A stretch of 6,005 bases of DNA from a virus, in IMG/VR virus record IMGVR_UViG_3300045988_026919, positions 1 through 6,005 of that record. One strand, written 5' to 3'. The stretch's first letter is position 1, and each line of letters begins with the position of its first letter. The translations under genes were made by a program, and so were the position numbers. The notes under the pieces were generated by a model. The model made no database searches, had not been told where the DNA came from, and was given only the letters and a program-made list of their open reading frames with translations. Below, piece after piece: positions 4,650-6,005 of the stretch.

Positions 4650-6005
4650 ATGGTTAAGAAAACTATCGGAAAAAACACGCTTGGAGACAACAACAAAATG
4701 AAAGTCGCCATGCGTGACTATGAGAGAAGTACGCATAATCTCTCATACATCTGGAGAAACACGCAAGCACCAGGAACGCTAGTTCCCTGCATGAAAATTC
4801 TAGCAACACCAGGCACAACTTACAAGATTAAAGCAAATAGTCACATTCTGACACATCCGACTGTCGGACCACTATTTGGAAGTTACAAGTTCCAAATGGA
4901 TATATTTACCGTGCCTATCAGGCTATATAATGCGCTGCTACACAATAACGCGCTAAACGTAGGGCTTGACATGGCAAAAGTTAAATTTCCTAAATTTGCG
5001 ATAACGTTAGGGAAAGACAGTTCTAAAACACCATGGAGCAGTAGCAGTCTATTAGCTTATCTAGGATTTAGGAATAAAGGTCGCGAGTTGTCAGATTCGT
5101 TAGATTTTGTACACAAATTCAACGCCATTCCTCCAATCGCATATTTTGACATTTTTAAAAATTACTATGCAAATAAACAAGAGGGAAAATTCTATACAAT
5201 TGGAGTAGGAGATATAACGGAGACTCAGAACCCAACTACAGCCAGCTCGCCAATTAGAGTAATGGGACAGTATCAAGTAGGGGATAATAAAGATTGGCAA
5301 TTGGTGACCAATAATTTCATGAGTCTATACTATTCCGAAAATGGAATCATTAAGTATGTAATTGAGATAGCAGACACAGTGTTTCCAAGCAATGGAGATA
5401 TAAACCAGTTAATATTAGTAGGTGAATATCTATCAGATGCAACCAATGTAACTGGAACGTTCGAAATTACAGCAAAACAAATGGCGGGAAATGCGGCGTT
5501 ATCTTATAATAATCAGGTATGGAGTATTCCTGTGAATTGGCACGATAAACCCGAATACAGAAACATCAGATTAACAGGAGTTAAAACGTCCGGAAGTATT
5601 ACGCTAAACGAATACGATCTTGAACAAATTGACAAAACTAGAGAAGAAATACTATCACTAGGAAGTCAAGAAGCGTTAATTCAAAGCGAAGAGGGAAAAG
5701 GAAATTTAACACAAAAATACCTAAAGGATCTAATTAGTTTAGGAAAAGAGTTTTACAGTTCATATCCACAAGTAGGACTAGCGATTAAAACTTATCAATC
5801 AGATATATTTAACAACTGGATTAATACCGAATGGATTGACGGAGAAAATGGAATCAATGCAATCACAGCAGTTGACGTGTCAGACGGAAAGTTAGAACTC
5901 GATACGCTGATTTTAGCGAAGAAAGTTTACAACATGTTAAACCGAATTGCAATCAGTGGAGGTACTTACAATGATTGGATTGAAACAGTATATACAACCG
6001 ATTAC
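4650..6005 (+). CDS. VP1: Microviridae major capsid protein (VP1 / phiX174 F family), N-terminal 452 codons; open to the window end and continuing at 1..706 across the circular junction (668 aa in total)
   Basis: ATG at 4650 is the first start after an in-frame TAA at 4629..4631 and lies 4 nt after the stop of the upstream ORF. I translated the frame by hand to 6005 and found no stop. The N-terminus reads MVKKTIGKNTLGDNNKMKVAMRDYERSTHNLSYIWRNTQAPGTLVPCMKILATPGTTYKIKANSHILTHPTVGPLFGSYKFQMDIFTVPIRLYN. This parallels the phiX174 F N-terminus as I recall it (HDLSH, a PGD-type turn, DIFTFYVPHRHVY). Further on come ...AYFDIFKNYYANKQE... and ...LNRIAISGGTYNDWIETVY. The ORF track omits this ORF because it has no stop inside the window. 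Confidence 0.93.
   Translation, partial: MVKKTIGKNTLGDNNKMKVAMRDYERSTHNLSYIWRNTQAPGTLVPCMKILATPGTTYKIKANSHILTHPTVGPLFGSYKFQMDIFTVPIRLYNALLHNNALNVGLDMAKVKFPKFAITLGKDSSKTPWSSSSLLAYLGFRNKGRELSDSLDFVHKFNAIPPIAYFDIFKNYYANKQEGKFYTIGVGDITETQNPTTASSPIRVMGQYQVGDNKDWQLVTNNFMSLYYSENGIIKYVIEIADTVFPSNGDINQLILVGEYLSDATNVTGTFEITAKQMAGNAALSYNNQVWSIPVNWHDKPEYRNIRLTGVKTSGSITLNEYDLEQIDKTREEILSLGSQEALIQSEEGKGNLTQKYLKDLISLGKEFYSSYPQVGLAIKTYQSDIFNNWINTEWIDGENGINAITAVDVSDGKLELDTLILAKKVYNMLNRIAISGGTYNDWIETVYTTDY
5951..6005. repeat. Terminal direct repeat, copy 2 (identical to 1..55)
   Basis: Same 55-mer as 1..55. A 55-nt overlap is what a de Bruijn assembler with k=55 leaves on a circular contig (inference). Confidence 0.95.

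Noticed and set aside
1-6005. Checked for tRNA-like cloverleaf sequences, CRISPR-style spaced repeats, transposase or IS ends, and hammerhead-type CUGAUGA...GAAA cores (for example ctgatgg near 3462)
   Set aside because: No spaced repeat array and no GTTCGAATC-type T-arm are present. No long terminal inverted repeats or recombinase-sized ORF were found. The ctgatgg string lacks the remaining hammerhead core and helices.

Overview
The window is one complete, circularly permuted Microviridae (small ssDNA phage) genome of about 5,950 nt. Bases 1..55 are identical to 5951..6005, so the contig closes on itself. All credible genes are on the + strand and tightly packed. The major capsid protein (VP1/F family, 668 aa) starts at 4650, runs off the window end and finishes at 706; the ORF track shows only its C-terminal piece, 92..706. 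The other genes and spacers, in order: a 112-aa morphogenesis-module protein (718..1056); a 209-nt GC-rich hairpin-dense spacer; the Gly-rich DNA pilot/minor capsid protein VP2 (1266..2378); the HUH rolling-circle replication initiator VP4 (2380..3384); a 200-nt spacer with a hairpin, an 11-bp tandem repeat and Bacteroides-type promoter motifs; and five small orphan ORFs (3585..4645). The large capsid protein, absence of a phiX-type spike gene, roughly 6-kb size, lack of Shine-Dalgarno sequences at all nine starts, and TAnnTTTG promoter motifs together suggest an Alpavirinae-like, non-Bullavirinae microvirus of a Bacteroidota host. That placement is inference; no database search was possible. 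There is no tRNA, rRNA, CRISPR array, transposase or integrase. The items most worth following up are the two structured non-coding regions, the uncharacterised five-ORF cassette (including a lipoprotein-like candidate lysis or exclusion factor), and a very basic overlapping ORF. All functional calls rest on motifs recognised by eye.
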